Source of the DNA: an uncultured Saprospiraceae bacterium
Lineage (GTDB): Bacteria; Bacteroidota; Bacteroidia; Chitinophagales; Saprospiraceae
Length of the DNA: 57,032 nucleotides
Direction: 5' to 3'
Assembly: GCA_938010715.1 (NCBI GenBank)
Contig: CALLVG010000232.1
Location: forward strand, 1-57,032
Part shown: one piece after another, positions 9,793 to 21,097 of the stretch
Position numbering within the stretch: position 1 is the stretch's first letter
Layout: each line of letters starts with the position of its first letter
Made by a program: the position numbers and the translations under genes
The notes under the pieces: model-generated
Databases searched by the model: none
Told to the model about the DNA's origin: nothing
Seen by the model: only the letters and a program-made list of their open reading frames with translations

Positions 9793-10923
9793 TTAATTTG
9801 CGCTAAGATAATATTCCAAACCTAATTCAAATTGTAGAATGGTAGATTTTCTAAAATCTGGATTTGCATTTTTAGGCTCCCTTTTCAAACTTAGAATTCC
9901 ATTTCCAAATAAACCAATTCCATCGCTCAAAAATGTATGAAGCCCCAAACCCGGTACGAACTGATAGGTCTGTGTTTTTGTAGTGGTTCCCAAAAGTTTT
10001 TGTCTAAAGGTCAAATCATTATAGATATAGCTGATGTTTGGAACAACTTGTAATCCTTCTGAAACTCTAATATAATATCTAAAATATGGAGCAACCGCAA
10101 TTGAAATAGGACTATTCAAATTATTATCTTCATAGCTAATATTGGCTTCCATTCCAGCCAAAGCATTTTCAAAAATAAAGCGGCCATATTTTGGTTGAAA
10201 CCAAAGTTTTAAAGTAGGATTATCACTTTGTTGGCCATTTATGATGGTTTGATTTCCTTTTAAAGAATGACTGAAGCCCGCAGTTCCGCCTACATTGACA
10301 CTTGCAGTTGCAAGAAATTCTTCTGCGTTGCCAGATGCTTCTGTCCAACCTGTGTTTACAAATGGTTTGATGTCGAAAAAGATTTCAAGTGGGCCTTTGC
10401 CGACATGCACTCTATCTTCAATCGACCTTTTTCTCAAAAAATTATACTTGACAATTCCTTCTATGGAAATGTTGTCACTGAGCCAGCCATTGGCACCAAA
10501 ACTAATTTTGGAATTAAAAGTATTTCTATCAATTAATTCAGTTCCGTTTAACTCAGCATTGAGATTTTCATTGATAATATCCAATTGTCCAAAAGTACGA
10601 TAATCCAAAAACGGAAAATATAGTCTTGCTCCTACAAATAAATTTAAACCATTCAGTCCAGTATTTCTAATATCACCCGCACTGTCAGAGAGCTTTTCAG
10701 TGATTTTTGTTTTGGCGAAAGAAAACCCGCCAGTCAATCCAAAATTATCAGTGAGAAAGTAGCCAACTCCAGGAGAAACGCCTGTTACTTCCGAACGGAA
10801 ATTAGAAATGCTATTGGTTCTACTAAAAACAAGTCCACCTGCCAAAGAAGTCGTTCCTTGCTGAACTTGAGCATTTCCAAGAAATGGAATAAACAAAAAT
10901 AGAATTAGTTTGAAACGAGTCAT
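9793..10923 (-). CDS. Putative outer-membrane beta-barrel protein
   Basis: Signal peptide MTRFKLILFLFIPFLGNAQ, alternating hydrophobic beta-strand pattern and an aromatic-rich C-terminus. ATG 10923 preferred to TTG 10941. Confidence 0.5.
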   Translation of the reverse strand: MTRFKLILFLFIPFLGNAQVQQGTTSLAGGLVFSRTNSISNFRSEVTGVSPGVGYFLTDNFGLTGGFSFAKTKITEKLSDSAGDIRNTGLNGLNLFVGARLYFPFLDYRTFGQLDIINENLNAELNGTELIDRNTFNSKISFGANGWLSDNISIEGIVKYNFLRKRSIEDRVHVGKGPLEIFFDIKPFVNTGWTEASGNAEEFLATASVNVGGTAGFSHSLKGNQTIINGQQSDNPTLKLWFQPKYGRFIFENALAGMEANISYEDNNLNSPISIAVAPYFRYYIRVSEGLQVVPNISYIYNDLTFRQKLLGTTTKTQTYQFVPGLGLHTFLSDGIGLFGNGILSLKREPKNANPDFRKSTILQFELGLEYYLSAN

Positions 10924-10942
10924 TGGTGATTTTTGAAGCAAT

Positions 10943-11563
10943 TTAAGGCTTAATTTTATTATTAATAAATCCCTTTATTACTTCGAGGCCATTTTCAAAA
11001 TTTTCGTTGTTCTTTATGACTAAATGAGAAGTGTCCTTATAGGGTTCGATGTATTTTTCGTAAGCTGGTAAAACGTGATTTTCATATCGATATAAAACAT
11101 CTGTCAATGGGTAATTTCTCTCTTGGCCGTCTCGTTTAATCCTTCTTACCACTTTGAGATTTTCTTTTGCATCTATGAAAATCTTCAAGTCAAGTAATTC
11201 GGCTATTTTTTTATAATGAAAAATAAAAAGCCCTTCTATCAAAATGACTGGAGCGGGTTTGAATACTAAATTTTTAGGTCGTGCATTTTTGTTGTTGAAA
11301 GTGTATTCTTTTTTGTTTACAATTTCACCATTAATCAACTTTTTCAAGTCTCTTCGGAATGCCTTTTTGTCTATGGAAAAAGGCAAATCAAAATTTTTGA
11401 TTCCTTTTTCATCGGATTTCTGTTCCTTTCGAGGTTTGTAATATTCATCCATCGAAAAAACACAAAGCGATTTTTCTGAAAAAGCAGCATTTACTGCTTT
11501 TATGAAGGAAGTTTTACCTGATCCACTGCCTCCGCAAACGCCGATTACGTATGGTTTTTTCAT
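10943..11563 (-). CDS. udk: Uridine kinase
   Basis: P-loop GVCGGSGSGKTS and overall uridine/cytidine kinase pattern. Confidence 0.85.
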   Translation of the reverse strand: MKKPYVIGVCGGSGSGKTSFIKAVNAAFSEKSLCVFSMDEYYKPRKEQKSDEKGIKNFDLPFSIDKKAFRRDLKKLINGEIVNKKEYTFNNKNARPKNLVFKPAPVILIEGLFIFHYKKIAELLDLKIFIDAKENLKVVRRIKRDGQERNYPLTDVLYRYENHVLPAYEKYIEPYKDTSHLVIKNNENFENGLEVIKGFINNKIKP

Positions 11564-12603
11564 CGATATTGTCCTCTTCTATTTAGTTCGCGATGGTAAT
11601 TTCTGGCGTTCACATTGTGTTGTGCCAGCGTTTTTGCAAAATCATGAAAACCGCTTCCATCTGGCTTTGCACAAAAATATAAGTACTTATGTTGCTCATG
11701 ATTGAGAACAGCATCAATACTTGGAATTGATGCCATACTGATTGGCCCAGGTGGTAAACCTGCATATTTATAAGTATTGTAGGGCGAATCAATATTTTTA
11801 TGTTTGTTTAATATTCTCTTTGCTGTAAAATCTCTTGTCGCAAAAACTAAAGTTGGATCTGCTTGTAAAGGCATATCAATTTTCAGCCGGTTATAATAAA
11901 CCCCTGCCATTCGTTTCTTTTCTGAATTTTGGTTAGTTTCTTTTTCGACAATACTTGCAAGTGTATAAACTTCATTTGGTGTTAAATCTATTTTTTTTGC
12001 TTTTTCAAGCCGATTTTCTTTATTCCAAAATTTGTCATTTTCCTTTTTCATACGTTCCATAAATCCTTCTGCGGAAGTATTCCAGAAAAATTCATAAGTG
12101 TTTGGTATAAAAAAAGCAGGGAGTGTTTCAGTCGTATATCCATACTTTTTCTGAATTTCATTATTCATAAAAGTATTGAGAATATTAATTGAATCAGGTT
12201 CGATAAATTTAGAAACTTTAGCTGCAATATTTTCTAAAAGTCTAGCATGGGTTAGGACAAGTTTAACGGGCGCTTGTTTTCCGTTTCTGAGGTGTCGAAC
12301 CAAATCTACATTACTCCATCCTGGCTCAATTTTGAATCTGCCAGTTCTCATTTTTTCACGTTTGTACTTAAGTCGTTCGGAGACCTCCTCAAAAGACACT
12401 TTGTCATTGATAAAACCCTGATTTACAAGACTTTCTGTTATTTGTACAAAGGTGCTTCCAGTCGGTATTTCAATAAACTCCTTCTTGAGTTCAGAAGGAA
12501 CATTTGCACCAAAAAATGCCGTATATTTTTGATAACCAAAAACTCCACCTATCACCCCCAAAATAAGTAAGCCAACCAGTATTTTCTTAACTGTTGAATT
12601 CAT
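11560..12603 (-). CDS. mltG: Endolytic murein transglycosylase MltG (YceG family)
   Basis: N-terminal TM helix and YceG-like core (LASIVEKE..., PLQADPT, YNTYKYAGLPPGPI). Confidence 0.88.
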   Translation of the reverse strand: MNSTVKKILVGLLILGVIGGVFGYQKYTAFFGANVPSELKKEFIEIPTGSTFVQITESLVNQGFINDKVSFEEVSERLKYKREKMRTGRFKIEPGWSNVDLVRHLRNGKQAPVKLVLTHARLLENIAAKVSKFIEPDSINILNTFMNNEIQKKYGYTTETLPAFFIPNTYEFFWNTSAEGFMERMKKENDKFWNKENRLEKAKKIDLTPNEVYTLASIVEKETNQNSEKKRMAGVYYNRLKIDMPLQADPTLVFATRDFTAKRILNKHKNIDSPYNTYKYAGLPPGPISMASIPSIDAVLNHEQHKYLYFCAKPDGSGFHDFAKTLAQHNVNARNYHRELNRRGQYR

Positions 12604-12608
12604 TAAAC

Positions 12609-13424
12609 TTAGTATTGTTCTTTGTCATTTGGAAAATCACCACTTCTTACATCTTTAATATAACTCTCTGTGCTTTCTTTCATAACATTAAATAGATCTG
12701 CATATCTCCTCAAAAATCTTGGTTTAAAATCTTTGGTAATTCCAACCATATCATGCGTAACCAAAACTTGACCGTCTGCTCCTCCACCTCCACCAATTCC
12801 GATAATTGGAATTTTTACTTTTTTGGCAACTTTCGTGGTCAGTTTTGCAGGAATTTTTTCTAAAACAATTCCAAAACACCCTGACTTTTCCAGTAAAACA
12901 GCATCAGATAAAAGTCTTTTGGCTTCTTCATTTTCTTTTGCTCGAACCGTGTACGTTCCAAATTTATAGATGGACTGTGGAGTCAATCCCAAGTGTCCCA
13001 TCACTGGAATTCCAGCAGTCAAAATTCTTTTTACGGAGTCAATTACTTCGGCTCCGCCTTCCAATTTCACACCATGTGCTCCAGATTCTTTCATGATTCG
13101 AATCGCGGATTTCAAAGCCAATTTCGAGTCTCCTTGGTAATATCCAAAAGGCAAGTCAACCACCACGAAACATCTTTTTATGCCTCTTACAACAGAAGAA
13201 GCATGATAAATCATTTGATCCAGGGTAATTGGTAAAGTTGTTTCGTGTCCAGCCATGACGTTGGAAGCAGAATCACCAACTAAAAGGATGTCAATCCCCG
13301 CTTCATCTAAAATTCTTGCCATCGAATAATCGTAGGCGGTGAGCATTGCGATTTTCTCACCATTATCCTTCATAGACTGAAGAATGTGTGTAGTGATTCT
13401 TTTTGCTTCCTTATGTACAGACAT
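12609..13424 (-). CDS. panB: 3-methyl-2-oxobutanoate hydroxymethyltransferase
   Basis: MLTAYDY...LVGDS...LPFGSY-like...VKLEGG...GHLGLTPQS motifs. Confidence 0.95.
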   Translation of the reverse strand: MSVHKEAKRITTHILQSMKDNGEKIAMLTAYDYSMARILDEAGIDILLVGDSASNVMAGHETTLPITLDQMIYHASSVVRGIKRCFVVVDLPFGYYQGDSKLALKSAIRIMKESGAHGVKLEGGAEVIDSVKRILTAGIPVMGHLGLTPQSIYKFGTYTVRAKENEEAKRLLSDAVLLEKSGCFGIVLEKIPAKLTTKVAKKVKIPIIGIGGGGGADGQVLVTHDMVGITKDFKPRFLRRYADLFNVMKESTESYIKDVRSGDFPNDKEQY

Positions 13425-13527
13425 ATTATTTTTTATTTTGAAAGTCTTTTAAAAAATGACTTTATGATTCCTATTTTTTAAGAATGGCGAATTTAGTTAT
13501 TTGGATGAGAAATAAAAGAAGTTTTTT

Positions 13528-14532
13528 CTACCAATAAATTGGATGAAATTTGAATTGTCCGAGTGTATTGTATTCCAAAGCAGGAGAAGGTATTTTTATC
13601 CAATTCAAAGACTTTACGATTGTTTTTAGATAACGGTTTTTAATATTCAATTTACTCGTGTCAATATCGAAGGCCAGTAAGTATTGGCGATATCGAGGAT
13701 ATGTATTATCAATATTGAAAATATTTCCTTGGTCATCTTGCCATTCATTTTGAAAACCTCCATAAATATTTCCGATTCCATACCCGACCGAAATATTAAG
13801 CCATTTCGGAAATTTGGAGCTTTCTCTTTCTTTTAAAAAAGACCAAACATTGACAGATGCCCAAACATTTTGCTCATTATAATCTTTGAAAAATTTCTCA
13901 AATGTACCCGTTCCGTACAATTCATCCGCCCTTCTTTTTATCGAATATTGAACTCCATTTGATTCAGCAAACCCTTTTGGATAATCGAACTTATTCGTTG
14001 AGGCTTTGAAGACGATGCGCTGTTCATTCCATTTATACTCTTGAGCAACAAAAATGGCTGAACCCGCTGTGTTAAACGCAATATCTCCGATGGAGAAACC
14101 CCATTTTTTCGAAAAGCCATCCATAACCTCAATCGTAGCTTGAATGCCTGCCCCAACTCCAAAAGCTGTCCATAACGCTTGTTTTTTCTTCATTCCAGTC
14201 CATTTTGCACCTTCATGAGCAAAATAAGAAATTCCATAGGCTGCCATCAAATGGCCTGCTTTATCGTATTGATTCCATTCTTTCATATCATTGAAAAATT
14301 GGAATTTACTGATTTCATTGTTTTTATACCAAGCCTGCCACAGTCCAACTGAGGTACCTGCATAGATTCCAAAACCAGTTGAAGCACTTATCAATAACCT
14401 TTTTTGATGAAGTGAATCTGAATTTTGAAGAAAATGAAGGCTTTGTTCTTTTTGACAATAAATAGGAAGAACAAACAAAGTGATTGTAATTATGACCAAA
14501 AACCAACTTAAAACGATATGGGATTTTACCAT
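13528..14532 (-). CDS. DUF2279-like membrane-associated protein
   Basis: N-terminal hydrophobic segment and DKAGHLMAAY motif typical of DUF2279. Family assignment is from memory only. Confidence 0.45.
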   Translation of the reverse strand: MVKSHIVLSWFLVIITITLFVLPIYCQKEQSLHFLQNSDSLHQKRLLISASTGFGIYAGTSVGLWQAWYKNNEISKFQFFNDMKEWNQYDKAGHLMAAYGISYFAHEGAKWTGMKKKQALWTAFGVGAGIQATIEVMDGFSKKWGFSIGDIAFNTAGSAIFVAQEYKWNEQRIVFKASTNKFDYPKGFAESNGVQYSIKRRADELYGTGTFEKFFKDYNEQNVWASVNVWSFLKERESSKFPKWLNISVGYGIGNIYGGFQNEWQDDQGNIFNIDNTYPRYRQYLLAFDIDTSKLNIKNRYLKTIVKSLNWIKIPSPALEYNTLGQFKFHPIYW

Positions 14533-14550
14533 GATTTTTTCAACGAAAAA

Positions 14551-14578
14551 AGGCAGTTTCCTGTTTTGGAAACTGCCT
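14551..14578 (-). terminator. Rho-independent terminator after the TPR gene
   Basis: 11-bp stem AGGCAGTTTCC/GGAAACTGCCT followed by a T-run on the minus strand. Confidence 0.75.
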
Positions 14579-14600
14579 CTTTATTTAATTTGAGCTCAGA

Positions 14601-15914
14601 TTATTTATTTTCTAAAGCTTCTAATCTTTTCTTGTACTCACCTGATTTTGCGTAATCATTTTTACGAGCATAGATTTCTTTCAATGCAATCAATGTATTT
14701 CTATCATTCTTGTCAGCAGCTTCTGCTTTTAAGAAATAAGGTAATGCTTTGTCAAACAAACTAATCATTTCAGCTTTTAAAGCATCAAATTGCTTTGTCT
14801 CTGCTTTTGAAGTTCCCAATCCGTTCATAATTGGAACAATTGCAGCAGCGTCGTTGTAGTATAAAGACCCAATACTGTAAGTAGAATAAGCGGAGGTTGG
14901 ATCAAGCTCTAAAGCTTTCTCGTAACTTGCAATTGCTGATTGGAAATACTCAGCGGCTCTTTCTTTATTACCAGCTTCTTTTTGAGCAGTAGCTAATTTT
15001 TGATAAACATCACCCATTACGTTACGGACAGATGCATTTTCTGGCTCTGCATCAATTGCAGCTTTCAATTTACCTTCCAATTTATCATATTGGTCTGATT
15101 TCATCAATTTGTTGATTTCCGAAAAAAGCAACTCTTTATCATTTGGATATGCTTCTTGAGCGGCAGCTAAAACCTCGTCAGCTTTAGGATCATTTGTTGA
15201 AGAAAGAACATCATGGTACATTTTGTAAACTTGTGCACTTGGTTTTTTTCCGTTTACTAATTTACCAAAAAGCTCTTTTGAGCGGTCAACTTTACCAGCA
15301 GCATTTGCAGCGTAGGCTGTTAAAAGCATGTTTTGCTCAGCAGCACCTTCTTCAGTGAAAATATCTTTTTTATTGTTGCTGATTAAAGTTTCACGAATTG
15401 TATTTACACCCTCTAACAAGTCATAAGCACCTGCGTAATCTGCATTTTCACCAGCTATTTTTGCATTTGCCAAAGCGTTGAGGTAGCCAACATTTTCTTG
15501 AAGGCCTTTAAGTGCTGCTTTTGTTTGAAATTTCTTTGGAGAAAGTTTCAAAACTTGTTGATAAGCACTCAATGCCTTCAAAGCGGAAGTAAAATCAGTG
15601 AACTTGAAGCTTTTTCCTTCTCCTTTAATATTCGCAATTTGAAAAGCTGAATTTTCTTCACCTGATACTGCGTTATAAATTTCACCTGCTTTTAACCACA
15701 AGGCTGGAGTTGCTTTTAACTCTTCTGAAGTCATTGCAATATCAAGCATCGAAACTGCTTGCTTAAGTTTGTCACTGTTGTCAGCTGGGTTCAAATTAAA
15801 GCTACTTAAAGCTTTTCCAGCTTTCTTGAGTGCTTTGGCAGGAGCGATGTCCTGCGCTTGAATTGAAGTCGAAATAAATAAGATTGAAAGTAATCCGAAA
15901 AGTACGCTTTTCAT
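14601..15914 (-). CDS. Secreted tetratricopeptide-repeat protein
   Basis: Signal peptide and multiple TPR-like A/Y/L-rich repeats. It lies immediately downstream of gyrA on the minus strand. Confidence 0.6.
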   Translation of the reverse strand: MKSVLFGLLSILFISTSIQAQDIAPAKALKKAGKALSSFNLNPADNSDKLKQAVSMLDIAMTSEELKATPALWLKAGEIYNAVSGEENSAFQIANIKGEGKSFKFTDFTSALKALSAYQQVLKLSPKKFQTKAALKGLQENVGYLNALANAKIAGENADYAGAYDLLEGVNTIRETLISNNKKDIFTEEGAAEQNMLLTAYAANAAGKVDRSKELFGKLVNGKKPSAQVYKMYHDVLSSTNDPKADEVLAAAQEAYPNDKELLFSEINKLMKSDQYDKLEGKLKAAIDAEPENASVRNVMGDVYQKLATAQKEAGNKERAAEYFQSAIASYEKALELDPTSAYSTYSIGSLYYNDAAAIVPIMNGLGTSKAETKQFDALKAEMISLFDKALPYFLKAEAADKNDRNTLIALKEIYARKNDYAKSGEYKKRLEALENK

Positions 15915-16043
15915 ACGGAAAATATTTTTGTTAAAAATTTTATGAATGTTATGTGTCCTCCTAAAGGACGATGGACAAATAGTTTTTGTTATAACTGGAA
16001 GTCAAAAATATGGAGGAATAGGTGTTATATAGTTGTTAATATT

Positions 16044-16099
16044 AGAGCTTGTTTAAAATTCCATGATTACGCGAAACCGAGGAAAGTTAAACAAGCTCT
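16044..16099 (-). terminator. 13-bp perfect inverted repeat just downstream of gyrA
   Basis: AGAGCTTGTTTAA (16044-16056) pairs with TTAAACAAGCTCT (16087-16099) across a 30-nt loop. There is no clear T-run. Confidence 0.4.
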
Positions 16100-16109
16100 A
16101 AAAACGTAT

Positions 16110-18779
16110 TTACTCTTCAGAATTTTCGTCATCTGCTCCTTCTTCTGAAGTATCAGTTGTTTCGTCAGTGCCTTCTGATGTTGTATTTTCTGTCTTTGAA
16201 TCAGTGCTTTCTGTGCCTTCTTCAACTATAATTTCTTCCTCTTCTTCTGGATCAGCAATTCTTGTTACATCAGCAATTTCATCACCTTTTGACAATCTAA
16301 TAACTCTCACTCCTTGAGTTGCACGTCCCATTACTCTAATCTCGTCCAAAGGCATTCTGATCATTACCCCATTTTTGGTAGTAATCATTAAATGGTCTTC
16401 TGGGTTAACTGCCTTAATGGCAACCAAGCCACCAGTTTTTTCGGTTACCTCTATTGTTTTGACACCTTTTCCACCTCTATTGGTCAATCTGTACTCAGAG
16501 AATTTGGTACGTTTTCCATTTCCTTTTTCAGATACTACCAAAATCGCAGTTTCTTCGTCACTTGGATCAAGGCTAATCATTCCGACTGCTTTATCACCAT
16601 CTCCTTTTAGCATGATTCCTCTAACGCCCGTCGCGGTTCGACCCATTGGTCTGACCTTCGCTTCATCAAATCGAATCGCATTTCCACTTCTTGAAGCAAT
16701 GAAGATTTGAGTCGCTCCATTTGTTAATGCAACATCCAAAAGTTGATCACCTTCATTGATAGATATTGCCACAATTCCACCTTGTCGTGGTCGTTTGTAT
16801 GCATCAAGCGAAGTTTTCTTAACGATACCTTTTTGCGTTGCGAATATCAAATAATGATTAGTTAAGAATTCCTCGTCTTTTAGATCTTGGATTTTAATAT
16901 ATCCACGCACCTTATCATCCTTAGGTATTGCTAATAGGTTCTGAATGACCCGACCAGCACCAGTTTTGGATGCTTCTGGAATCTCGTAAACCCTCATCCA
17001 ATGTACTTTCCCTTGCTCGGTAAATAGCAGAAGATAATTATGATTGGTCGCAGTGAACATGTGTTCAACGTAGTCCTCGTTTCTTGTTTTCGTTCCACGT
17101 GATCCAGTTCCTCCTCTACTTTGAACCCTATATTCGTCCATAGAGGTTCTTTTGATATATCCTAAATTAGAAATAGTGATTACTACTTCTTCATTTGGAA
17201 TCATGTCTTCGATATTAATCTCACCGTCATCATAAGTGATTTCGGTTCTTCTTTCATCTCCAAATCTTTCTTTAATATCTTCTAATTCTTCGACAATCAT
17301 TGCCATTTGGAAATCTGAATCTTCCAAAATCCCCCTTAAGTCTTCGACTTTTAGTAACAATTCATCGTATTCGGCTCTGATTTTTTCTCTTTCAAGACCT
17401 GTAAGTTTTGAAAGTTGCATCGCTAAAATTGCTTTAGCTTGCAGCTCAGTCATCACATTTCCATCCTCTGGAAAAAGGTCTTCAGATTGAATTTCGATGA
17501 GTGGATTAAATTGCTCAAAGAATTTCTTCTTATCTTTTATGAATTCTCCTTTCATCAAGGCGATTTTCGCCTCTTCGGGATTTTTTGATGCTCTGATCAA
17601 ATCAATTACCATATCGATGTAATCGATGGCAATTAGCAATCCAATAAGTATATGCGCTCTTTCTAAAGCCTTTCTTAGGTCATATTGAGTTCTACGAACA
17701 ATGACTTCTTGTCGGAACTTTACAAACTCTTCAATAATTTGCTTAAGATTTAAAAGTCTTGGACGACCATTAACCAAACAAACATTGTTTACACCAAAAG
17801 AAGTTTGAAGTGGAGTGTATTTATAAAGTTGGCTCAAAATCACACTTGCCATTGCATCTCTTCTTACCTCAACAACCACTCTTACGCCATTTCTATCTGA
17901 CTCATCTCTTACGTCAGTTATTCCTTCAATTTTTTTACTGGTAACCAATTCAGCTATTTTAATAACCAAATTTGCCTTATTAACTTGATAAGGAATTTCT
18001 GTAATAATAATGGTTTCTTTTCCACTCTTATCAGCTTCAATTTCTGCTTTTCCTCTTAAAATGACTCTTCCTCTACCCGTTTCGAAAGCTTCTTTTACTC
18101 CAGACATTCCATAAATAATACCTCCGGTTGGAAAATCAGGCGCCTTGATATGCTCCATCAATCCATCAGTATCAATATCATTGTCGATAATATAGGCTTT
18201 GATTCCATCACAAACTTCTGAAAGGTTGTGAGGCATCATATTGGTTGCCATCCCAACCGCAATACCCGAAGCTCCATTCATCAAAAGGTTGGGAATAGTT
18301 GTTGGCAAAACAGTTGGTTCTTCCAACGAATCATCAAAGTTCAATTGAAAATCAACAGTATCCTTTTTTATATCAGAAAGAATTTCATCTGCAATTTTAG
18401 TCAATTTTGCCTCTGTATATCTCATCGCTGCAGGACTATCACCGTCCATAGAACCGTAAGTCCCTTGTCCGTCAACTAAGGGATATCTTAGCGACCAATC
18501 TTGTGCCATTCTTACCATGGAGTCATAGACAGAGGTGTCACCGTGAGGGTGATACTTACCAAGTACTTCTCCAACAATACGTGCAGATTTTTTATGAGAC
18601 TTACTATAGGTCAATCCCAGTTCATTCATCCCAAATAGGACCCTTCTATGAACTGGTTTTAAACCATCACGAACATCTGGAAGTGCTCTGGAAACAATCA
18701 CCGACATTGAATAATCAATGTACGCTGACTTCATTTCATCCTCGATATTTACTGGTATAATCTTAGATTCTGATGCCAT
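16110..18779 (-). CDS. gyrA: DNA gyrase subunit A
   Basis: AAMRYTE active-site region, QRDR-like [11 protein letters not shown]-terminal beta-pinwheel repeats and a long acidic tail. Confidence 0.98.
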   Translation of the reverse strand: MASESKIIPVNIEDEMKSAYIDYSMSVIVSRALPDVRDGLKPVHRRVLFGMNELGLTYSKSHKKSARIVGEVLGKYHPHGDTSVYDSMVRMAQDWSLRYPLVDGQGTYGSMDGDSPAAMRYTEAKLTKIADEILSDIKKDTVDFQLNFDDSLEEPTVLPTTIPNLLMNGASGIAVGMATNMMPHNLSEVCDGIKAYIIDNDIDTDGLMEHIKAPDFPTGGIIYGMSGVKEAFETGRGRVILRGKAEIEADKSGKETIIITEIPYQVNKANLVIKIAELVTSKKIEGITDVRDESDRNGVRVVVEVRRDAMASVILSQLYKYTPLQTSFGVNNVCLVNGRPRLLNLKQIIEEFVKFRQEVIVRRTQYDLRKALERAHILIGLLIAIDYIDMVIDLIRASKNPEEAKIALMKGEFIKDKKKFFEQFNPLIEIQSEDLFPEDGNVMTELQAKAILAMQLSKLTGLEREKIRAEYDELLLKVEDLRGILEDSDFQMAMIVEELEDIKERFGDERRTEITYDDGEINIEDMIPNEEVVITISNLGYIKRTSMDEYRVQSRGGTGSRGTKTRNEDYVEHMFTATNHNYLLLFTEQGKVHWMRVYEIPEASKTGAGRVIQNLLAIPKDDKVRGYIKIQDLKDEEFLTNHYLIFATQKGIVKKTSLDAYKRPRQGGIVAISINEGDQLLDVALTNGATQIFIASRSGNAIRFDEAKVRPMGRTATGVRGIMLKGDGDKAVGMISLDPSDEETAILVVSEKGNGKRTKFSEYRLTNRGGKGVKTIEVTEKTGGLVAIKAVNPEDHLMITTKNGVMIRMPLDEIRVMGRATQGVRVIRLSKGDEIADVTRIADPEEEEEIIVEEGTESTDSKTENTTSEGTDETTDTSEEGADDENSEE

Positions 18780-18838
18780 TTATTTATTTTGATTTTCTCA
18801 AGTAAAATGAGCCAAATTGGCTATTTTTTAAAAACGTG

Positions 18839-18846
18839 CAAAGATA
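18839..18846 (-). promoter_or_regulatory. Bacteroidota -7 box TATCTTTG upstream of gyrA
   Basis: Exact TAnnTTTG on the minus strand, 60 nt before the ATG. Confidence 0.5.
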
Positions 18847-18983
18847 GTAATTACATGCACAATTTAGACATTCGAGAGGGCCAAATTCAGGTGTTTTTAG
18901 CTCTTTTTCGCCTCATTTCTTTCCTTTATCTACTATTTCAAAACATTCATATTAGTTATTCCTTTTCAAAGGAATCAAAATTG

Positions 18984-18991
18984 TACATTTG
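18984..18991 (+). promoter_or_regulatory. Bacteroidota -7 box TACATTTG(CG) upstream of yidC
   Basis: Exact TAnnTTTG, 51 nt before ATG 19042. Confidence 0.5.
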
Positions 18992-19041
18992 CGCCGCTTT
19001 AATGTCCCCGCCTTTTATTCATTAATAAATTCTTATTCTAC

Positions 19042-20898
19042 ATGGATCGCAATACGGTCACTGGGTTTATCCTTATTTTTTTGATTTTGATGGTTTGGCA
19101 ATATACTACTGCACCAACCCCTGCTGAATTAGCTGAAATAAAAACAAGAGACTCCTTGGAAAGAGTTCGAATTGTAGCGGATAGTCTCGCTCAAACTAAG
19201 CAAACTAAAGATTTAGTAACAAATAATGATGCTGCAGTTGAATTGCCAGATTCGGTTAAAATGGCACAAGCTTCTGGAAAGTTTGGCTTATTTGCAGGTG
19301 CTTCAATTGGGAATGAACAGACTTATAAATTATCTAATGATTTAGTCGAAATAACCTTTTCGAACAAAGGTGGTATTATTAAGGATGTTTTATTAAAAAA
19401 GTACCATAAACTGGAAGTTGATTCTTTAGGAAATGAGACTAAAATTCCGTTAAGGCTATTGGAAGACCGTAAGAATAAATTTGAGTATTTGTTGCCAATG
19501 AATGGTACAGGTACCATCAAATCCAGTGATTTGTTTTTTGAAGGTGTTCAAAGTGGCAACACCATTACCTTTTCCGCGAAAGCAAATAATGGAAAAATTT
19601 TCCAACAAAAATACACACTGAAAGATAGTTCTTACGCTTGTGATTACGCTTTAAATTTCAATGGCTTAGAGTCTGATATGAACGCTCAAAATATTACTTT
19701 GAATTGGGTGAATTGGTTGGATAAACTTGAGTTGAATGAACAATATGAGCGTAACTATTCTACCGTTTATTATAAGGAAGCGGATGAGGATCCGACTTAC
19801 TGTAGTTGTACTTCAGATGATGAAGAGAACATTTCTGAAAAAGTAAAATGGGTTTCAAATTCTAATCAATTTTTCAATTCAACATTGATGGCAGAAGGTA
19901 CTTTTGCTAGCGCAAATTTAGCGACTCAAACTTTGGATGAAAAAGAATCTGATTTAAAAAAAATAACTAGTTCGATTAAGATTCCGATTAATGCTGGTGG
20001 TGTACAGATGTCGTTTTATAACGGCCCAAATGAGTTTGAGAGATTAAGTAAATTTGGAAGTAGCTTAGAAGATGTTGTGCCGTTTGGATGGAGTATTTTT
20101 GGAACAATCAATAGGTGGATTATTCGTCCACTTTTCAATTTTCTTTCTGGTTTTATTGGTTCAAAAGGGATTGTGATTTTAGTATTGACTGTTATTGTAA
20201 AATTGACACTCTACCCCTTTACTTATAAAATGATCCACTCTCAATCGAAAATGGCGATTCTGAAACCAGAAATTGCCAAACTGAAGGATAAATACAAGGA
20301 TGATGCACAGCAAGTGCAGGTAGAGACTATGAAAATGTATAGGGAGTACGGGGTAAACCCCTTAGGTGGTTGTTTACCCGTCGTATTGCAAATGCCGATT
20401 TGGTTTGCACTTTACCGGTTCTTCCCTGGTTCTATTGAATTTAGACAAGAGCCATTTTTGTGGGCAAGTGATTTGTCTTCATTTGATGTGTTTGCGATGC
20501 TGCCATTTGAGATTCCATTTTATGGCCAGCATGTGAGTCTATTTACGTTGCTTTGGGTTTTGACCACTTTAATTTACACTTGGTATAACTCAAAATTGGT
20601 GGATTACTCAGCACAACCTGCTATGAAATATATGCAGTATGCGATGCCAGTAATGTTCATTTTCTTTTTTAATAATTTTGCATCTGGACTTACTGCCTAT
20701 TTGTGTATGAGTAATTTGTTCAACATCGGTCAAACACTCGTAACGAAGGAATATGTCATAAATAAAGACAAATTACGGGACGAGTTAGAGGGCAATAAAA
20801 AGAAGCCGAAAAAGAAAAGTGCTTTCCAACAACGATTGGAAGAGGCCATGAAAGAGCAACAAAAGGCTCAAGCTCAAAAAAAGAAAAAGAAGAAATAA
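19042..20898 (+). CDS. yidC: Membrane protein insertase YidC
   Basis: Long periplasmic P1 domain, then the conserved 60-kDa insertase core (PLGGCLP..LQMPIWFALY) and a Lys-rich C-terminal tail. Confidence 0.95.
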   Translation: MDRNTVTGFILIFLILMVWQYTTAPTPAELAEIKTRDSLERVRIVADSLAQTKQTKDLVTNNDAAVELPDSVKMAQASGKFGLFAGASIGNEQTYKLSNDLVEITFSNKGGIIKDVLLKKYHKLEVDSLGNETKIPLRLLEDRKNKFEYLLPMNGTGTIKSSDLFFEGVQSGNTITFSAKANNGKIFQQKYTLKDSSYACDYALNFNGLESDMNAQNITLNWVNWLDKLELNEQYERNYSTVYYKEADEDPTYCSCTSDDEENISEKVKWVSNSNQFFNSTLMAEGTFASANLATQTLDEKESDLKKITSSIKIPINAGGVQMSFYNGPNEFERLSKFGSSLEDVVPFGWSIFGTINRWIIRPLFNFLSGFIGSKGIVILVLTVIVKLTLYPFTYKMIHSQSKMAILKPEIAKLKDKYKDDAQQVQVETMKMYREYGVNPLGGCLPVVLQMPIWFALYRFFPGSIEFRQEPFLWASDLSSFDVFAMLPFEIPFYGQHVSLFTLLWVLTTLIYTWYNSKLVDYSAQPAMKYMQYAMPVMFIFFFNNFASGLTAYLCMSNLFNIGQTLVTKEYVINKDKLRDELEGNKKKPKKKSAFQQRLEEAMKEQQKAQAQKKKKKK

Positions 20899-21056
20899 GT
20901 AGTCTGACAGAATTAGCTTAATAACTTTTCGGCTCTTTTTCCGCCACTCTTCGTGATTTTTTAGTTCCGTATCTACGAATATGCAAAGAAAAAATGCCTT
21001 GATTGACGAAAAAAATAGCTCAAAAAGTTTTTCTAACATAATTTTGTCTGACTACT
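20898..21056. mobile_element. ~160-bp foldback MITE-like element, AGTAG-type termini, diverged variant
   Basis: AGTAGTCTGACAGAATT...AATTTTGTCTGACTACT with TA on both flanks. The left TA and the first A form the yidC TAA stop. The core is shared with 21098..21258. Confidence 0.7.
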
Positions 21057-21097
21057 TAATTGACATTTTAGGTTTCTCTCCGTCATTAGAGTAGATA

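Noticed and set aside
15942-16148. Listed 68-aa plus-strand ORF between the TPR gene and gyrA
   Set aside because: It lies in the spacer containing the 13-bp inverted repeat and runs antisense into the gyrA stop region. No supporting motifs.
16375-18760. Several 70-110-aa plus-strand ORFs inside gyrA, plus similar antisense ORFs inside eno, pyrG, the TBDR, the S8 peptidase and others
   Set aside because: They are antisense shadows of long, well-supported genes.
18789-19025. Listed 78-aa ORF in the gyrA-yidC divergent promoter region
   Set aside because: It contains both -7 promoter boxes, is hydrophobic and low-complexity, and has no homology I recognise.
20785-21039. Listed 84-aa ORF on the minus strand
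   Set aside because: It runs antisense through the Lys-rich yidC tail and then through the foldback repeat. It is low-complexity and its sequence is explained by the repeat.
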